From positions 14,683-78,682 of IMG/VR virus record IMGVR_UViG_3300010376_002108: 64,000 nt of DNA. One strand, 5' to 3'. The DNA comes from a virus. Taxonomy: Duplodnaviria > Caudoviricetes. The notes beneath the pieces are model-generated. The model searched no databases and was not told where the DNA came from. It was given only the letters and a program-made list of their open reading frames with translations. Below are positions 27,716 through 37,798 of the stretch, piece by piece. Position 1 is the first letter of the stretch. Each line of letters opens with the position of its first letter. The translations under genes were made by a program, and so were the position numbers.

Positions 27716-28626
27716 TCACCGGGATCACGCTCACCGACCCGGTCACCGGGACGTCGTCGGCGGTGCTGCCCCGCGCCGGGGTGAAAGCGGCCACCCTGGA
27801 CGTGCAGGGCACGGCGCGGGAAATCACCGAGGACACGGTGCTGGGCGACGGGTCGATCGACAACACGTCCGCGCTCGGCCCGGCTGCCGCGTCGCTGTCG
27901 CTGCTGTTCACCGCCCCGGGCACGTTCTCCGCGCTGGGTGATGAATTCCGGTCCTACTGCCACCCGTCGCAGCGGCCGATCCTGACCGTCACCGACGACG
28001 AGTGGGCCGGGGTTGCCCGGCAGCTCACCTTGCGCTATTCGGCGGCGTCGGCGCCGCTGGATTCCAGCATGTACCCGGCCGCTTTGGCGATGCAGCTCCA
28101 GTGGGTGGTGCCCAACGGCCGGTGGGAGCAGGCCGGGGACCTGGTCGCCGCCGGGGTGCCGATGACCATCCCGGCGCTGACCGGCATCGCGTCGTCCGCG
28201 ACCGGGCCGGGCATCCACTCGACGGCGGGCACCTCCGGGCTCGCCACCACGACCGGCGGGTGGCACATGCCCGCCACGTCCGCGCCGCCGGAATTCCAGC
28301 TTGTCAACCCGGGGAACATCCCGTCGCAGTGGACGGCGCTGCTGTACGGGCCGTGCACCGGGCCCAAGTTCGCGGACGACACGGCCGGCCTGGCGGTCGA
28401 ATTCACTGACGCGCTGGTGCTGGCCGCCGGGGATTACGTGCTGCTCGACTCGGCCCGGCACACCGCCTTGCAGACCGGGGTCACTCCGGTGATGACACTG
28501 CTGAACTTCGCCACCACGCTGTGGTGGCAGCTCGGCAAGGGACTCAACCAGCTCCGCTACTACCCCACCTCCGGGTCGGCGGGCGCCTACGCCCAGTTGT
28601 ACTACCGGCCCGGGTGGATGGCATGA
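27712..28626 (+). CDS. Distal tail (Dit-like) protein
   Basis: Follows TMP; NPGNIPS, WWQLGKGLNQL. Confidence 0.75.
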   Translation: MITGITLTDPVTGTSSAVLPRAGVKAATLDVQGTAREITEDTVLGDGSIDNTSALGPAAASLSLLFTAPGTFSALGDEFRSYCHPSQRPILTVTDDEWAGVARQLTLRYSAASAPLDSSMYPAALAMQLQWVVPNGRWEQAGDLVAAGVPMTIPALTGIASSATGPGIHSTAGTSGLATTTGGWHMPATSAPPEFQLVNPGNIPSQWTALLYGPCTGPKFADDTAGLAVEFTDALVLAAGDYVLLDSARHTALQTGVTPVMTLLNFATTLWWQLGKGLNQLRYYPTSGSAGAYAQLYYRPGWMA

Positions 28627-28639
28627 GGAAGGGCCGCCC

Positions 28640-29620
28640 GTGACGTTCTACCAGCCGGTCTGGCAGCAGCCGACCACGGGCGACCCGGACCTGACCTACT
28701 CCGGTTTCCTGATGCGCAACCACAACCGGTCGCTGATGGCCGCCGGCGACGGCGTGCAGGGCGTGGAAGGGGTGCTGTCGGCCGGGTCCGGGCTGAAAGT
28801 CAGCGCGGGCACCGGGTTCGCGGTCAACGTGGCGTCCGGCCGGGCGATGGTCAACGACGACTACGCCACCAACGGCGGCCAGTCGATGTGCTGGATGGAT
28901 TCCAGCGGCAGCGTCACCTGCCCGTCGGCGCCCGGGTCCGGGTCGGACCTGCACCGGATCGTGCTGCGGGTGCGGGACAAGCTGGAGCACACCGGCGCCG
29001 GCGGCGACTCGACCTACGACTTCCTGCCCGACATCATCCCCGACACCACGCACACCGGGACGCTGCCCGCCACCCAGCCGTCGTGCATCACCCTCGCGTC
29101 GGTGCTCATCCCGGCCGGGTCGGGGTCGATCACCGCCGGCGGCGTGGTGATCACCGACATGCGGGAAATGTGCATCCCCAACGCGGTGCAGAAGTCCGCC
29201 GACACGTCCCGGTCCAGCACGACCAGCATGAGCGTGGACCCGGCGCTGCAACTGACCAACCTTCAGTCCAATTGCACGATGTGGTTTCAGGGGCAGGTGT
29301 TCTACATCGGCGGCACCGGCTCATCCGAGGGCGACCTGAAATTCACGTGGAACTGCACCGGGTGCACGATGCTGTACAACGTCGCCTACCGGGACACCGG
29401 CGGCAACCTGGTGTTGCCGCCCTACCACCCGGACACCGACACGATCACCGCGCAGACCGCTGGCACCAGCACCGGCCAGCTCTCACTGCTCTTTGAGGGG
29501 ATCATCACCACCACCGGGGCGCCCTGCTCGGCCAACTTCAAATGGGCGCAAGGGTCGTCCAACTCCCAGGCCACCACCGTGCAGGCCGGGTCGTGGCTGC
29601 AAGCGCGGAGGCTGGTCTAG
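28640..29620 (+). CDS. Minor tail protein
   Basis: LKVSAGTGFAVNVASGRAMV; position. Confidence 0.7.
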   Translation: MTFYQPVWQQPTTGDPDLTYSGFLMRNHNRSLMAAGDGVQGVEGVLSAGSGLKVSAGTGFAVNVASGRAMVNDDYATNGGQSMCWMDSSGSVTCPSAPGSGSDLHRIVLRVRDKLEHTGAGGDSTYDFLPDIIPDTTHTGTLPATQPSCITLASVLIPAGSGSITAGGVVITDMREMCIPNAVQKSADTSRSSTTSMSVDPALQLTNLQSNCTMWFQGQVFYIGGTGSSEGDLKFTWNCTGCTMLYNVAYRDTGGNLVLPPYHPDTDTITAQTAGTSTGQLSLLFEGIITTTGAPCSANFKWAQGSSNSQATTVQAGSWLQARRLV

Positions 29621-32600
29621 ATGTACTCGGTCGCCGGGGGCACCGCCCCGAACACCACCGCAGTGATCACCCTGACCGTCGGCTCCGGGCTGACCGGCGC
29701 GCAGGGCGTCGCCGTCGGGGACGTGGTTTTCGTCGGCTGGGGCACCAACGCCGGGGGCACCCAGACCGTCTCCTCGGTGACCGACTCGCAAGGGCACACG
29801 TACGCCCGGCAGGTGCAGCAGGCCACCGGCGGCGGCGGCGAGTTTTCCGAGCTGTGGACGACCAAGGCCACCCACGCCCTGGTCGTCGGCACCGACACGA
29901 TCACCATCACCGCATCCTCGGTTTCCGGGGTCAAGCTGGCCGTGGTCCGGGCCAGCTCGGGCATCACCTCCGCGACAGCGGACAAGGTGGTCGCCAACCA
30001 GGGCACCACCGGCAACCCGTCAGCCGGGCCGACCGCCACCTTGTCGTCCGCGAACGAGGTGGTGATCGCCGGGATAAACAACGCCTCGGCGGGCGGCATC
30101 CCGTCTGCCCTGTCGTGGGGCGGCGCCGGGGTCAACATCTCATCCAACGGCCACCTGACCCTGTTCGATGAGACGGTCACCTCCAACGCGGCGGTCACCG
30201 CCGGGGGCACCGTCACGTCCGGGGCGTGGACCTGCTGGGTGGCCACGTTCGCCAGATCGGTGGCCGCGCTGACCGTCACCTCCACCAGCCCGCCCGCCGG
30301 CACGGTCGGCAGCGCGTACGGCCCGGGGGGCGCCGGGTACGCGCTGACCTCCACCGGCGGATCCGGGGCGGTGTCGTGGAACACCACCGGGGCGCTGCCG
30401 CCGGGGCTGAAAATGTCGGGCACCGGCACGCACGTCGCCGGGGCCACCCTCGCCGGGTCCGGCGGCCACACCGCGATCACGAACCTGTACTCCACCTACT
30501 GGTCGAACCTGGGCCTGGCCACCGCCAACAACAAGAAGATCTATTTCGCCCCGGCGGGGACGTTCCCCACCAACTCGTCGCTGGCCGCGTGGAAGTCCAG
30601 CAATGAGGACGTCGGCTCCGCGCTCGACCTCGGCATGGGCATGCTGCTGTGCTTCAAGATGAACATTCAGGGCAGCACCGCCCCGGCGTCGTATTCGCCG
30701 TCGATCACCTGGCCGGGGACGCAGATGGCCGCCCAGTCGGTGCTGGACGCCGACTACGCGGCGATGAAGCTCACCATTCAGTCGATCCAGGCGGCGTGCA
30801 CGGCGGCGGGCAACGGGGCAAACGTGTTCGGCGTCTGCTTCTACCAGGAGATGGACGGGAAGAAACGGCAGACCCAGGACGGGCTGACCGATCAGATCAA
30901 TCAGATCACGTTCTTGTACCGGTACAACTACGCCCGGTTCAAAACCGACTTCCCCGGCATCGACCTGGTGATCATCTACACCGGGTTCACCACCGACAAC
31001 GCGGGCCGCGAGGCGCAGTGGCCCGGCCCGCACCCGCTGTCACCGGGCGGCCCGGACGGCACCGGCAACTGCTACGTGGACTCGCTGTCGATCGACTTGT
31101 ACGCCGACGGGTGGGCCAGCTCGGGCAGCGCGGCCCGGTACCCGTGGTCGGAAAACCCGTCCACCAAGCCCGGCTATTGTGACATCGCCGCCTACGCGAA
31201 CACGGTGCTAGGCGGCGGCCGGCAGGTTAAATTCGGGTGGACCGAAATCGGGGACAGCGCGCAGGGCAACATCCCGCCGCAGACCGCGATCACCAACTAC
31301 CTGGCCGCCGCAGCCACCGACCCGTACAACCTGCCCGGCGACACGATGCAGCACGGCGTCCTCGCCACCTACCAGAAGTGGATCAAACTCGGCTACCCGA
31401 TCACCCCGCCGATGTGGTACGCGAGGGCGTCCAGCCCGCCGGGGCCGAACCTGATCACCGACCAGAACGACTTCCGCATCCCGCTGTGGAACCAGGTGGA
31501 CTCGGCCACCGCGTCGGTGACCAGCCCGTCTATCACCGGCAACCCAACCCAGGCCGGCGTTTACGGCGGCATCGCGTTCAACGCCGCCGACACCGGCGGC
31601 CACACCGCGTCCGCGACCGTGTCGATCACGATCAACGGGGTCACCGCGCCGCCGTCGATTTCCACCCCGTCGCCGCTGACCCCCGGCCAGGTGGGCGTCC
31701 CGCAGGTGTGGGCGCTCGGCGTCAACGGCGGCACCCCGCCGTTTGCCTGGTCGCTTGCGGCGGGCACGGCGCCGCTGCCTGACGGGCTGGCGTTCACCCC
31801 GGACGGGACGCTGTCCGGCACGCCCAACGCGGCCGGGTCCTACGGGCCCAAATTCAAGGTCACCGACGCGGCGGGCAAGTCCGCGTCGGCGGTGCTGGCG
31901 CTGACGATCAACCCGGCGCCGGTCGATCCGGGGACGGTCGCCCCGCCGCTGGTGGTCGGCGGCGCGGTCGCCGGGAAAGACTGGCATTTCCTGTTCTGCG
32001 CGCCGCAGCCGGACGGCACCGTGCTGGAGGAAGTGGTGCAGTCGCGGCAGCGGCAGCTCATCGTCCGGGCCGGCCCGGGTGCGGGCGGCGGCATTTCCGG
32101 CGGCGGCGGCGGCGTCTACTCCGAGGTGAACCTGGACGTCAACGGCCAGTCGCAGGCCGCGCTGGCGACCACCGGCAAGACCCTCGCCCTGGACGTGCAG
32201 GTGCGGCTGGGCGCGCAAACCCTGTTCTGCGGCCGGCTGGGCGTCGAAGCGGACACGCTGTCGGCCACCGACACGCACCGGTTCACCCCGCAGGCGTTGG
32301 ACTACCGGGAGCTGCTGCGCCGCCGCGACCTGGCCTACATCGACCCGTCGGTTAACTCTGGCGGGCCGCCGGAAGTGACGACCGACATCGCCACGATCGC
32401 GTGGCGGCTGCTCCAGCCGACCGTGTACACCGCCGCCGCCGACGGCAAGCAGTATTTCGGCACCCAGTACCAGCCCGGCGGGAACCTGGGGATCCGGCAG
32501 GGCGCCGGGGCGTCCGGGCTGGGCATCACCTACACGAACAATTACGTGCACCAGGATTTCGTGGGCGCGGCGATCGACCGGCTGTGCCAGGTGAGCCCGG

Positions 32601-33196
32601 GGTCGGACTGGGACATCAGCATGTACGGCACGGCGGGCAACGATCTGCGGCTGGACATGTGGTCGCCGTGGCGCGGGTCGGACAAGGGGGTGGTGCTGGA
32701 ATGGGGCGGCGGCCTGGTCAGCGGGATCAGCCGGGGCACCGACCCGTCGCAGTATGCCAACTCGGTGTTCGTTCCCGACCCGGGCACGTTCACCGGGTCC
32801 ACGTGGGTGCAGGAAGATGCCGACGACATCAACACCCGCCCGGAGGGCCGCTGGGATCAGGTGTATTCCAGCTCGGCCGCCGACCAGGCGTCGTTGCAGT
32901 CGGATGCGGACTGGGCGCTGGCCGCCGGGCAGGTGGTGCTGCCCACCTACACGATCACGCTGTACGCGGGGGCGTGGCCGGGCCCGGATTACCTGTGGAT
33001 CGGGGATATCGTGACGGTGATCATCAACTCGGGGCGGTTGCACGTGCAGGACCGGGTGCCGGTGACCGAGATGCAGTTCGACGTCGGCCCTACCAACGTG
33101 GAGGCTGTGACGATCACCGCCGGGCGGGTGCCGTTCCGCGACCACCAGGCCCTAGCCAACGTCCTGCGCCGGCTGCGCCGTCTGGAGACGATGTGA
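29621..33196 (+). CDS. Large tail protein: beta domain, putative-Ig repeats, GH26-like TIM barrel, C-terminal tail hub (Gp37-like)
   Basis: FYQEMDG, YVDSLSIDLY, GWTEIG; GGTPPFAWSLAAG..LPDGL..DGTLSGTP; C-terminal GDIVTVII...VEAVTIT. Confidence 0.7.
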   Translation: MYSVAGGTAPNTTAVITLTVGSGLTGAQGVAVGDVVFVGWGTNAGGTQTVSSVTDSQGHTYARQVQQATGGGGEFSELWTTKATHALVVGTDTITITASSVSGVKLAVVRASSGITSATADKVVANQGTTGNPSAGPTATLSSANEVVIAGINNASAGGIPSALSWGGAGVNISSNGHLTLFDETVTSNAAVTAGGTVTSGAWTCWVATFARSVAALTVTSTSPPAGTVGSAYGPGGAGYALTSTGGSGAVSWNTTGALPPGLKMSGTGTHVAGATLAGSGGHTAITNLYSTYWSNLGLATANNKKIYFAPAGTFPTNSSLAAWKSSNEDVGSALDLGMGMLLCFKMNIQGSTAPASYSPSITWPGTQMAAQSVLDADYAAMKLTIQSIQAACTAAGNGANVFGVCFYQEMDGKKRQTQDGLTDQINQITFLYRYNYARFKTDFPGIDLVIIYTGFTTDNAGREAQWPGPHPLSPGGPDGTGNCYVDSLSIDLYADGWASSGSAARYPWSENPSTKPGYCDIAAYANTVLGGGRQVKFGWTEIGDSAQGNIPPQTAITNYLAAAATDPYNLPGDTMQHGVLATYQKWIKLGYPITPPMWYARASSPPGPNLITDQNDFRIPLWNQVDSATASVTSPSITGNPTQAGVYGGIAFNAADTGGHTASATVSITINGVTAPPSISTPSPLTPGQVGVPQVWALGVNGGTPPFAWSLAAGTAPLPDGLAFTPDGTLSGTPNAAGSYGPKFKVTDAAGKSASAVLALTINPAPVDPGTVAPPLVVGGAVAGKDWHFLFCAPQPDGTVLEEVVQSRQRQLIVRAGPGAGGGISGGGGGVYSEVNLDVNGQSQAALATTGKTLALDVQVRLGAQTLFCGRLGVEADTLSATDTHRFTPQALDYRELLRRRDLAYIDPSVNSGGPPEVTTDIATIAWRLLQPTVYTAAADGKQYFGTQYQPGGNLGIRQGAGASGLGITYTNNYVHQDFVGAAIDRLCQVSPGSDWDISMYGTAGNDLRLDMWSPWRGSDKGVVLEWGGGLVSGISRGTDPSQYANSVFVPDPGTFTGSTWVQEDADDINTRPEGRWDQVYSSSAADQASLQSDADWALAAGQVVLPTYTITLYAGAWPGPDYLWIGDIVTVIINSGRLHVQDRVPVTEMQFDVGPTNVEAVTITAGRVPFRDHQALANVLRRLRRLETM

Positions 33197-33651
33197 CCAC
33201 GCCCGATCAGATTCTCGCCCGCCTCCAGGCCGCCGAGGCGAAGATCGCCGCGCTGGAATCGGGGCAGTTGCCCGCCGACGCCGCAGCCGCGACCGCGCCG
33301 CAGCCGGGGGCGCCGCCATGGTGGCACTGGGCGGCCAACGGCACCTGGGCGTCGGGCAGCCGGACCGCGACCTGCGGCGGCTGCGGCCTGGCGATCGTCC
33401 GCGACGACGGCGGGATGGACTGGGCCGGCCCGGACGGGTCGTACGCGTGCGCGGGCGGCCCGCACCCGGACGCGGTCGCCCCGGCCGACGACTCGCGCAT
33501 CGCCGCCGCCGAGCTGCACGAGACGGAGAAGCAGGCACGGGCGGATGCCGACGAGGCCGCCGCCGCAGCCGGGGAAGGTGACGACCGGGAACCGGGCCGG
33601 TACGAATGGCAGGACGGCGTCCTGGTCCGCGTCGGTGACCTGCTCGAATGA
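33193..33651 (+). CDS. Hypothetical protein
   Basis: GTG at 33193; CxxC. Confidence 0.55.
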   Translation: MTTPDQILARLQAAEAKIAALESGQLPADAAAATAPQPGAPPWWHWAANGTWASGSRTATCGGCGLAIVRDDGGMDWAGPDGSYACAGGPHPDAVAPADDSRIAAAELHETEKQARADADEAAAAAGEGDDREPGRYEWQDGVLVRVGDLLE

Positions 33652-33887
33652 GCGGCGGCAACGGCTCATTCGTGAGCTGGGGCCGCTATGACGCCGAGCA
33701 CCAGGCCATCCTGGGGCGGCTGGACGAGCTGGAGGGCCGGTGGGCTCAGCAGGCGGCGGATGCGCGGGAAGCGGCGACCGTCCGGCGGGGGCGCACGTGG
33801 ATGATCCTGATAGCGGTGCTGTCCGGCCTGGTGTGCCCGGTGGCGGTGACCGCGATCATCACCATCTTGCACCTGTCCACGGGCTAG
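33648..33887 (+). CDS. Small membrane protein (holin/XhlA-like)
   Basis: Coiled coil followed by a C-terminal TM helix. Confidence 0.55.
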   Translation: MSGGNGSFVSWGRYDAEHQAILGRLDELEGRWAQQAADAREAATVRRGRTWMILIAVLSGLVCPVAVTAIITILHLSTG

Positions 33888-34147
33888 TTCCCCGGTGGGC
33901 GGTCGCCGCGCTGCTGATAATCGCCGTCCTGCTGGCCGCCGCCCTGACTGTCAACCAGGTGGCCACCAACAAGCTGCTGCGCCAGGTGGGCCGGCTGACC
34001 CAGCACGTGTGCGTCCTCCAGGCGCACGCGATCCACGAGTCCCGCAGCGAGGAAATCCCCGCCCAGCAGGGGCGGGCGATCACCCGCCGGTACGTCGTCA
34101 CCGGGACGTGCGTTGACGGGCGGGTCGAGCCGCCGCCGGGGCCTTAG
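33833..34147 (+). CDS. Membrane-anchored protein (start uncertain)
   Basis: WAVAALLIIAVLLAAALTV TM segment; nearest in-frame start is GTG at 33833. Confidence 0.45.
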   Translation: MPGGGDRDHHHLAPVHGLVPRWAVAALLIIAVLLAAALTVNQVATNKLLRQVGRLTQHVCVLQAHAIHESRSEEIPAQQGRAITRRYVVTGTCVDGRVEPPPGP

Positions 34148-34401
34148 CGGGGCCAGCGGCGGGCGGCGGCGGCGCGGCGTCGCAGCAGCCACCGCCGCCG
34201 GGGCGGCACCAGCAGCGCCATGCCGGGCACGAAACCGGGCGGCGCCGGCGGCACGACGGGGGCCCGCCACGCGGGCCTGCCCTCGACCACCTCCCACGGC
34301 CCGGCCTGCCCGGGGTTGGGCTCGGGGGCGACGATCAGGTCGAACCGGTACCGCAGCCAGCGCGGCCGGGTCAGCCGCACATCCGGTTCACGCCCGATCA
34401 T
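34144..34401 (-). CDS. Hypothetical protein
   Basis: Overlaps 34388-34762 as a two-gene minus-strand unit. Confidence 0.4.
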   Translation of the reverse strand: MIGREPDVRLTRPRWLRYRFDLIVAPEPNPGQAGPWEVVEGRPAWRAPVVPPAPPGFVPGMALLVPPRRRWLLRRRAAAARRWPR

Positions 34402-34762
34402 GGCCGTCCGGGTACACGGTCAGCTCGACGCGCACCGTCACGCCGTCCGGTTCGCCTGGCCAGTCCTTGCGGTACTCGGTGACGGTGGTCTTCTCCCAGC
34501 GCCGCCCGGTCGTGCAGCCTTCGCCCCTGGCGACCGTGCCGGCCACCCAGTAGTCGTTGACGCTGGCGGTGCAGCCTTCGCCGTCCCAGCCGTGGCACAG
34601 CCAGTTACCCGGCCGCACCCATGAGTTGAGCGTCAGGCCGAATAGCTCGGGCGGGTGCTCAACGCGTGCCGGGTGGTGGCGCATCGGACCGTGCGCCTTG
34701 CACGTCACCGTCAACTCGTCAACACCGGCGGCCAGCGCGGGCGCGTTTATGAAATCCGTCAC
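34388..34762 (-). CDS. Cys-containing hypothetical protein
   Basis: GTG at 34762; globular composition. Confidence 0.55.
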   Translation of the reverse strand: MTDFINAPALAAGVDELTVTCKAHGPMRHHPARVEHPPELFGLTLNSWVRPGNWLCHGWDGEGCTASVNDYWVAGTVARGEGCTTGRRWEKTTVTEYRKDWPGEPDGVTVRVELTVYPDGHDRA

Positions 34763-34785
34763 GCCGCCAAGTCTAGGAGGCACCC

Positions 34786-36210
34786 GTGGCACCGCCCGGA
34801 AAGCTCACCGTCGGCGCCGACGGCAAGGTACGCGGCCCCGCGAAAATCGAGTACAACAACCCGTTCCCGTGCGTCAACGGCCGGTACGGGTCCGGGGCGA
34901 TGAACGGTGTTTTGATGCACACGATGGTTTGTGACCTGCCCCTGTGCATCCGTATGTTCAACGACCCCGCCCGGCAGGCGTCCGCCCACTTCGGCATCGC
35001 CCAAGACGGCCTGATCCACCAGTTCGGCCCCATCGGCAAGGGGTGGATCGCCTGGCACTGCGCCGCCGGCAACGACGTCTGGTACGGCATCGAGCACGCC
35101 GACGGCGGCAATCCCAACACGCCGCTCACCTCCGCGCAGGTCACCGCGTCCGCGCAGCTCGTGGAGTGCCTGTCCGCGTATGCCGGGTTCCCCCTGCAAG
35201 TGACCGACTCCACGTCCGGGCGCGGCTACGGGGTGCACAGCATGGGCGGCACAGCATGGGGCGGCCACACCTGCCCCGACCTGCCCCCCAGGCACGTCCG
35301 CTCCGCCCAGCGGCCGGCGATCATCACCCTGGCCAAGCAGATCCGCGCCGGGAAAGCCCCGGCGCCCGCAGCACCGAAAGCAGCCGCCGTGGCCCGCAAC
35401 CTGGTCATGTACGACAACGTCACCGTCAGCCTGCTGCCCCCCGGCGGCGACGCGTACGCCTGCTACACCGACGGCCGGTACGCCAACTGCCCCGCCGTCC
35501 GCGCGAAATTCCCCGGCGCGAAAATCCTCACCATTGCCGTGTTCGCCTCCGATGACGCCGACTGCCTGGACGTCGAACCGGGCGACGCCACCGTGGCGCA
35601 GGTGCCCGGGTGGGCGGCCCGCCAGTACAAGCGTGGCGTCACCCGGCCGTGCATCTACACGTCCGCGTCCACCGTGACGGCGGTGATCGCGGCGATGAAC
35701 GCCGCCGGGCACGCCCGGCCCACCTACCGCATCTGGTCGGCGCATTACAACGGGTCCGAGCACATCTGCGCCCCGGGCGGCTGCGGCTACCCGCAGGCCG
35801 ACGCCACCCAGTGGACAAGCCGCGCCCGGGGGATCTCGCTTGACCAGTCCTTGTGCAAGCCCGATTTCTTCGGCGCCCCCGCCGCGCCGCCGCCGGCGGT
35901 TCCCGAGCTAACGGAGGATGACATGCCCTACGTTTCACTGCCGCAGGCCACCGGCCAGTCGGTGGTATTGCAGTGGCCCGCCGGGACGATGAAAGGCGTG
36001 GCCCTGTGCACCGATGAACAGGGCGCGGTGACGTTTTCCTACGCCGAGCTGCACACTGACTCGACCCCGTCCAAGTGGTACTCCCATGACGACCTGGTCG
36101 CCGCGCCCCGGGTGATCCGCGCGTTCGCCAACCCGGACACGTGCACGGCGGTGCGGGTCACCTTCAAGGCGGGCAAGGGCGCGTCCGGCCTGCACGCCTA
36201 CCCGAAATGA
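34786..36210 (+). CDS. Endolysin: Amidase_2 + GH25/DUF1906-like muramidase + C-terminal domain
   Basis: LMHT..SAHFGI..WH..GN..GIEH..HTCP; DCLDVEPGD..IYTSAS..WSAHY..TQW. Confidence 0.88.
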   Translation: MAPPGKLTVGADGKVRGPAKIEYNNPFPCVNGRYGSGAMNGVLMHTMVCDLPLCIRMFNDPARQASAHFGIAQDGLIHQFGPIGKGWIAWHCAAGNDVWYGIEHADGGNPNTPLTSAQVTASAQLVECLSAYAGFPLQVTDSTSGRGYGVHSMGGTAWGGHTCPDLPPRHVRSAQRPAIITLAKQIRAGKAPAPAAPKAAAVARNLVMYDNVTVSLLPPGGDAYACYTDGRYANCPAVRAKFPGAKILTIAVFASDDADCLDVEPGDATVAQVPGWAARQYKRGVTRPCIYTSASTVTAVIAAMNAAGHARPTYRIWSAHYNGSEHICAPGGCGYPQADATQWTSRARGISLDQSLCKPDFFGAPAAPPPAVPELTEDDMPYVSLPQATGQSVVLQWPAGTMKGVALCTDEQGAVTFSYAELHTDSTPSKWYSHDDLVAAPRVIRAFANPDTCTAVRVTFKAGKGASGLHAYPK

Positions 36211-36788
36211 GCGTGCTCGCCGCCGCGCCGGGTGACGTGCTCGCCGTCGCCGGCGGCCAGTCAGCCATGCAAAAGGCGATCCGCATCGGCGGCATCCTCA
36301 AGGGCCGGATGGGCGTCGCCAACCACGTCAAGATCATCACCCACCTGGACAAGAACGGCCGGTGGATGGGCATCGAAGGCAAGCCCGGCGGCGTCGGCCT
36401 GACCGACTGCACCCCCGACCTGGCCCGGCCCACCACCCAGACCAACCACGACCAGCCCAAGCCGGGGGGCAAGGCCGCGCTGGACAAGTTCCTGGCCGGG
36501 GCCGCCAAGTCGCTGGGCGTGCAATACGACTGGGTGGGCATCGCCCAGGACACCGCGTCCGCGCTCGGCGCCCCCGACCTGTCCAAGCTGATCGACCCGC
36601 TGTGGCGGTGGCCCTCGGACGGCAACCTGCTACCCGGGCACGTGGTCTGCTCAAGCCTGGCCGCGATGCTCTACACGCGGGTCGGCTGGGCCGAGCCCAC
36701 CGGCAAGGACCCGGACCGGCAGTGCACCCCGCCGGACTGGTGGGACTGGTCGGCCAACCGGGAGTGGGAGAAGCATGCCGCCGCGTAA
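36207..36788 (+). CDS. Permuted papain-like NlpC/P60 (YiiX/LRAT-type) protein
   Basis: PGDVL..NHV..IEG..GV (His first) ...YDW...VVCSSL (Cys last). Confidence 0.65.
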   Translation: MSVLAAAPGDVLAVAGGQSAMQKAIRIGGILKGRMGVANHVKIITHLDKNGRWMGIEGKPGGVGLTDCTPDLARPTTQTNHDQPKPGGKAALDKFLAGAAKSLGVQYDWVGIAQDTASALGAPDLSKLIDPLWRWPSDGNLLPGHVVCSSLAAMLYTRVGWAEPTGKDPDRQCTPPDWWDWSANREWEKHAAA

Positions 36789-37077
36789 ACGCGCCCGCCG
36801 GCAGGTCGCCGCCGCCGAGCTGCCCCCCGACCAGCAGGTGCCCGTCGCCCCGCTCGAAACCAAGGCCGTCGCCCCGGCCGGTGTCTCGGTGGTCGCCGGG
36901 GTGCTCACCTGGGCCCTCGTCACCTACATCCCGGCGTGGAAAGACGGCATCCCCGAAACGATAGCCGCGCTGATCCCCTGGGCGGCGGCGTGGCTGATCG
37001 CCACCGTCACCGGCTACCTGGCACCGCACACCGCCCGCCCGGACCTGGCGCTGCCCCCGGCCAGGGACGGCAAGTGA
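36775..37077 (+). CDS. Holin-like protein (2 TM)
   Basis: Two hydrophobic helices, GYLAP; in the lysis cassette. Confidence 0.7.
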   Translation: MPPRKRARRQVAAAELPPDQQVPVAPLETKAVAPAGVSVVAGVLTWALVTYIPAWKDGIPETIAALIPWAAAWLIATVTGYLAPHTARPDLALPPARDGK

Positions 37078-37277
37078 GCGAGCTGGACCCGCCCGCGTCG
37101 CATGCGCGGATGACCGTCGTGCGGGTGTGGCCGGTGCTGTCGCACTGGCGGTACGACGTGCAGCATCCCGGGCCGCCGAAAATGCGCGCGTCGGGGGAAT
37201 CGGCCACCGAGGCTGACGCGCTCGCGTCGGCCGTTGACGAGCTGGACCGGCTGGCGGCGGAGGTGGCCGATGGCTGA
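37074..37277 (+). CDS. Small hypothetical protein
   Basis: ORF track; overlaps neighbours. Confidence 0.5.
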   Translation: MSELDPPASHARMTVVRVWPVLSHWRYDVQHPGPPKMRASGESATEADALASAVDELDRLAAEVADG

Positions 37278-37647
37278 CCTGGCTTACGGGCCCTACCCGG
37301 CGCGGTGCGTTGACGTGCACGACGGGGACACGATCATCTTTGACCTGGACCTGGGGTTCGGCATCCGGCTGCCCGGCCAGTCGTGGACCGGCAAGACGAT
37401 GCTGGCCTGCCGGGTGGTGGGCATAAACGCGCCCGAGCTGAACACGGCGGAGGGGAAGGCCGCGCGGGCGTACGCGACCGGGCTGTGCCCGCCGGGCACG
37501 CCGGTGCGGGTCACCTCGCACGGGTGGGACAAGTACGGCGGCCGGTTCCTGGGCTCGGTGACGCTTCCCGAGGGCGGCGACTTCGCCACGCTGATGCTGG
37601 ACGCGGGGCAGGCCAAGCCGTACAGCGGCACCGGCCCGAAAACCTGA
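37270..37647 (+). CDS. Thermonuclease (SNase-like) nuclease
   Basis: VDVHDGDT, RVVGINAPE, DKYGGRFLG. Confidence 0.85.
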   Translation: MADLAYGPYPARCVDVHDGDTIIFDLDLGFGIRLPGQSWTGKTMLACRVVGINAPELNTAEGKAARAYATGLCPPGTPVRVTSHGWDKYGGRFLGSVTLPEGGDFATLMLDAGQAKPYSGTGPKT

Positions 37648-37798
37648 CCTTTACGAATAGTCCCTGCGCGGGCCTGAGAGCGACGGAGAGCGGCTGGCCG
37701 TTGCCTGTGCCGTATCACGCGCGGAGGCTGCTGTGCGCCGTGCAGCGGCGGCGGCGCGCACGACGAGGGCCTGTTTCGCTGGCCAGCCCTCCAGCGGC

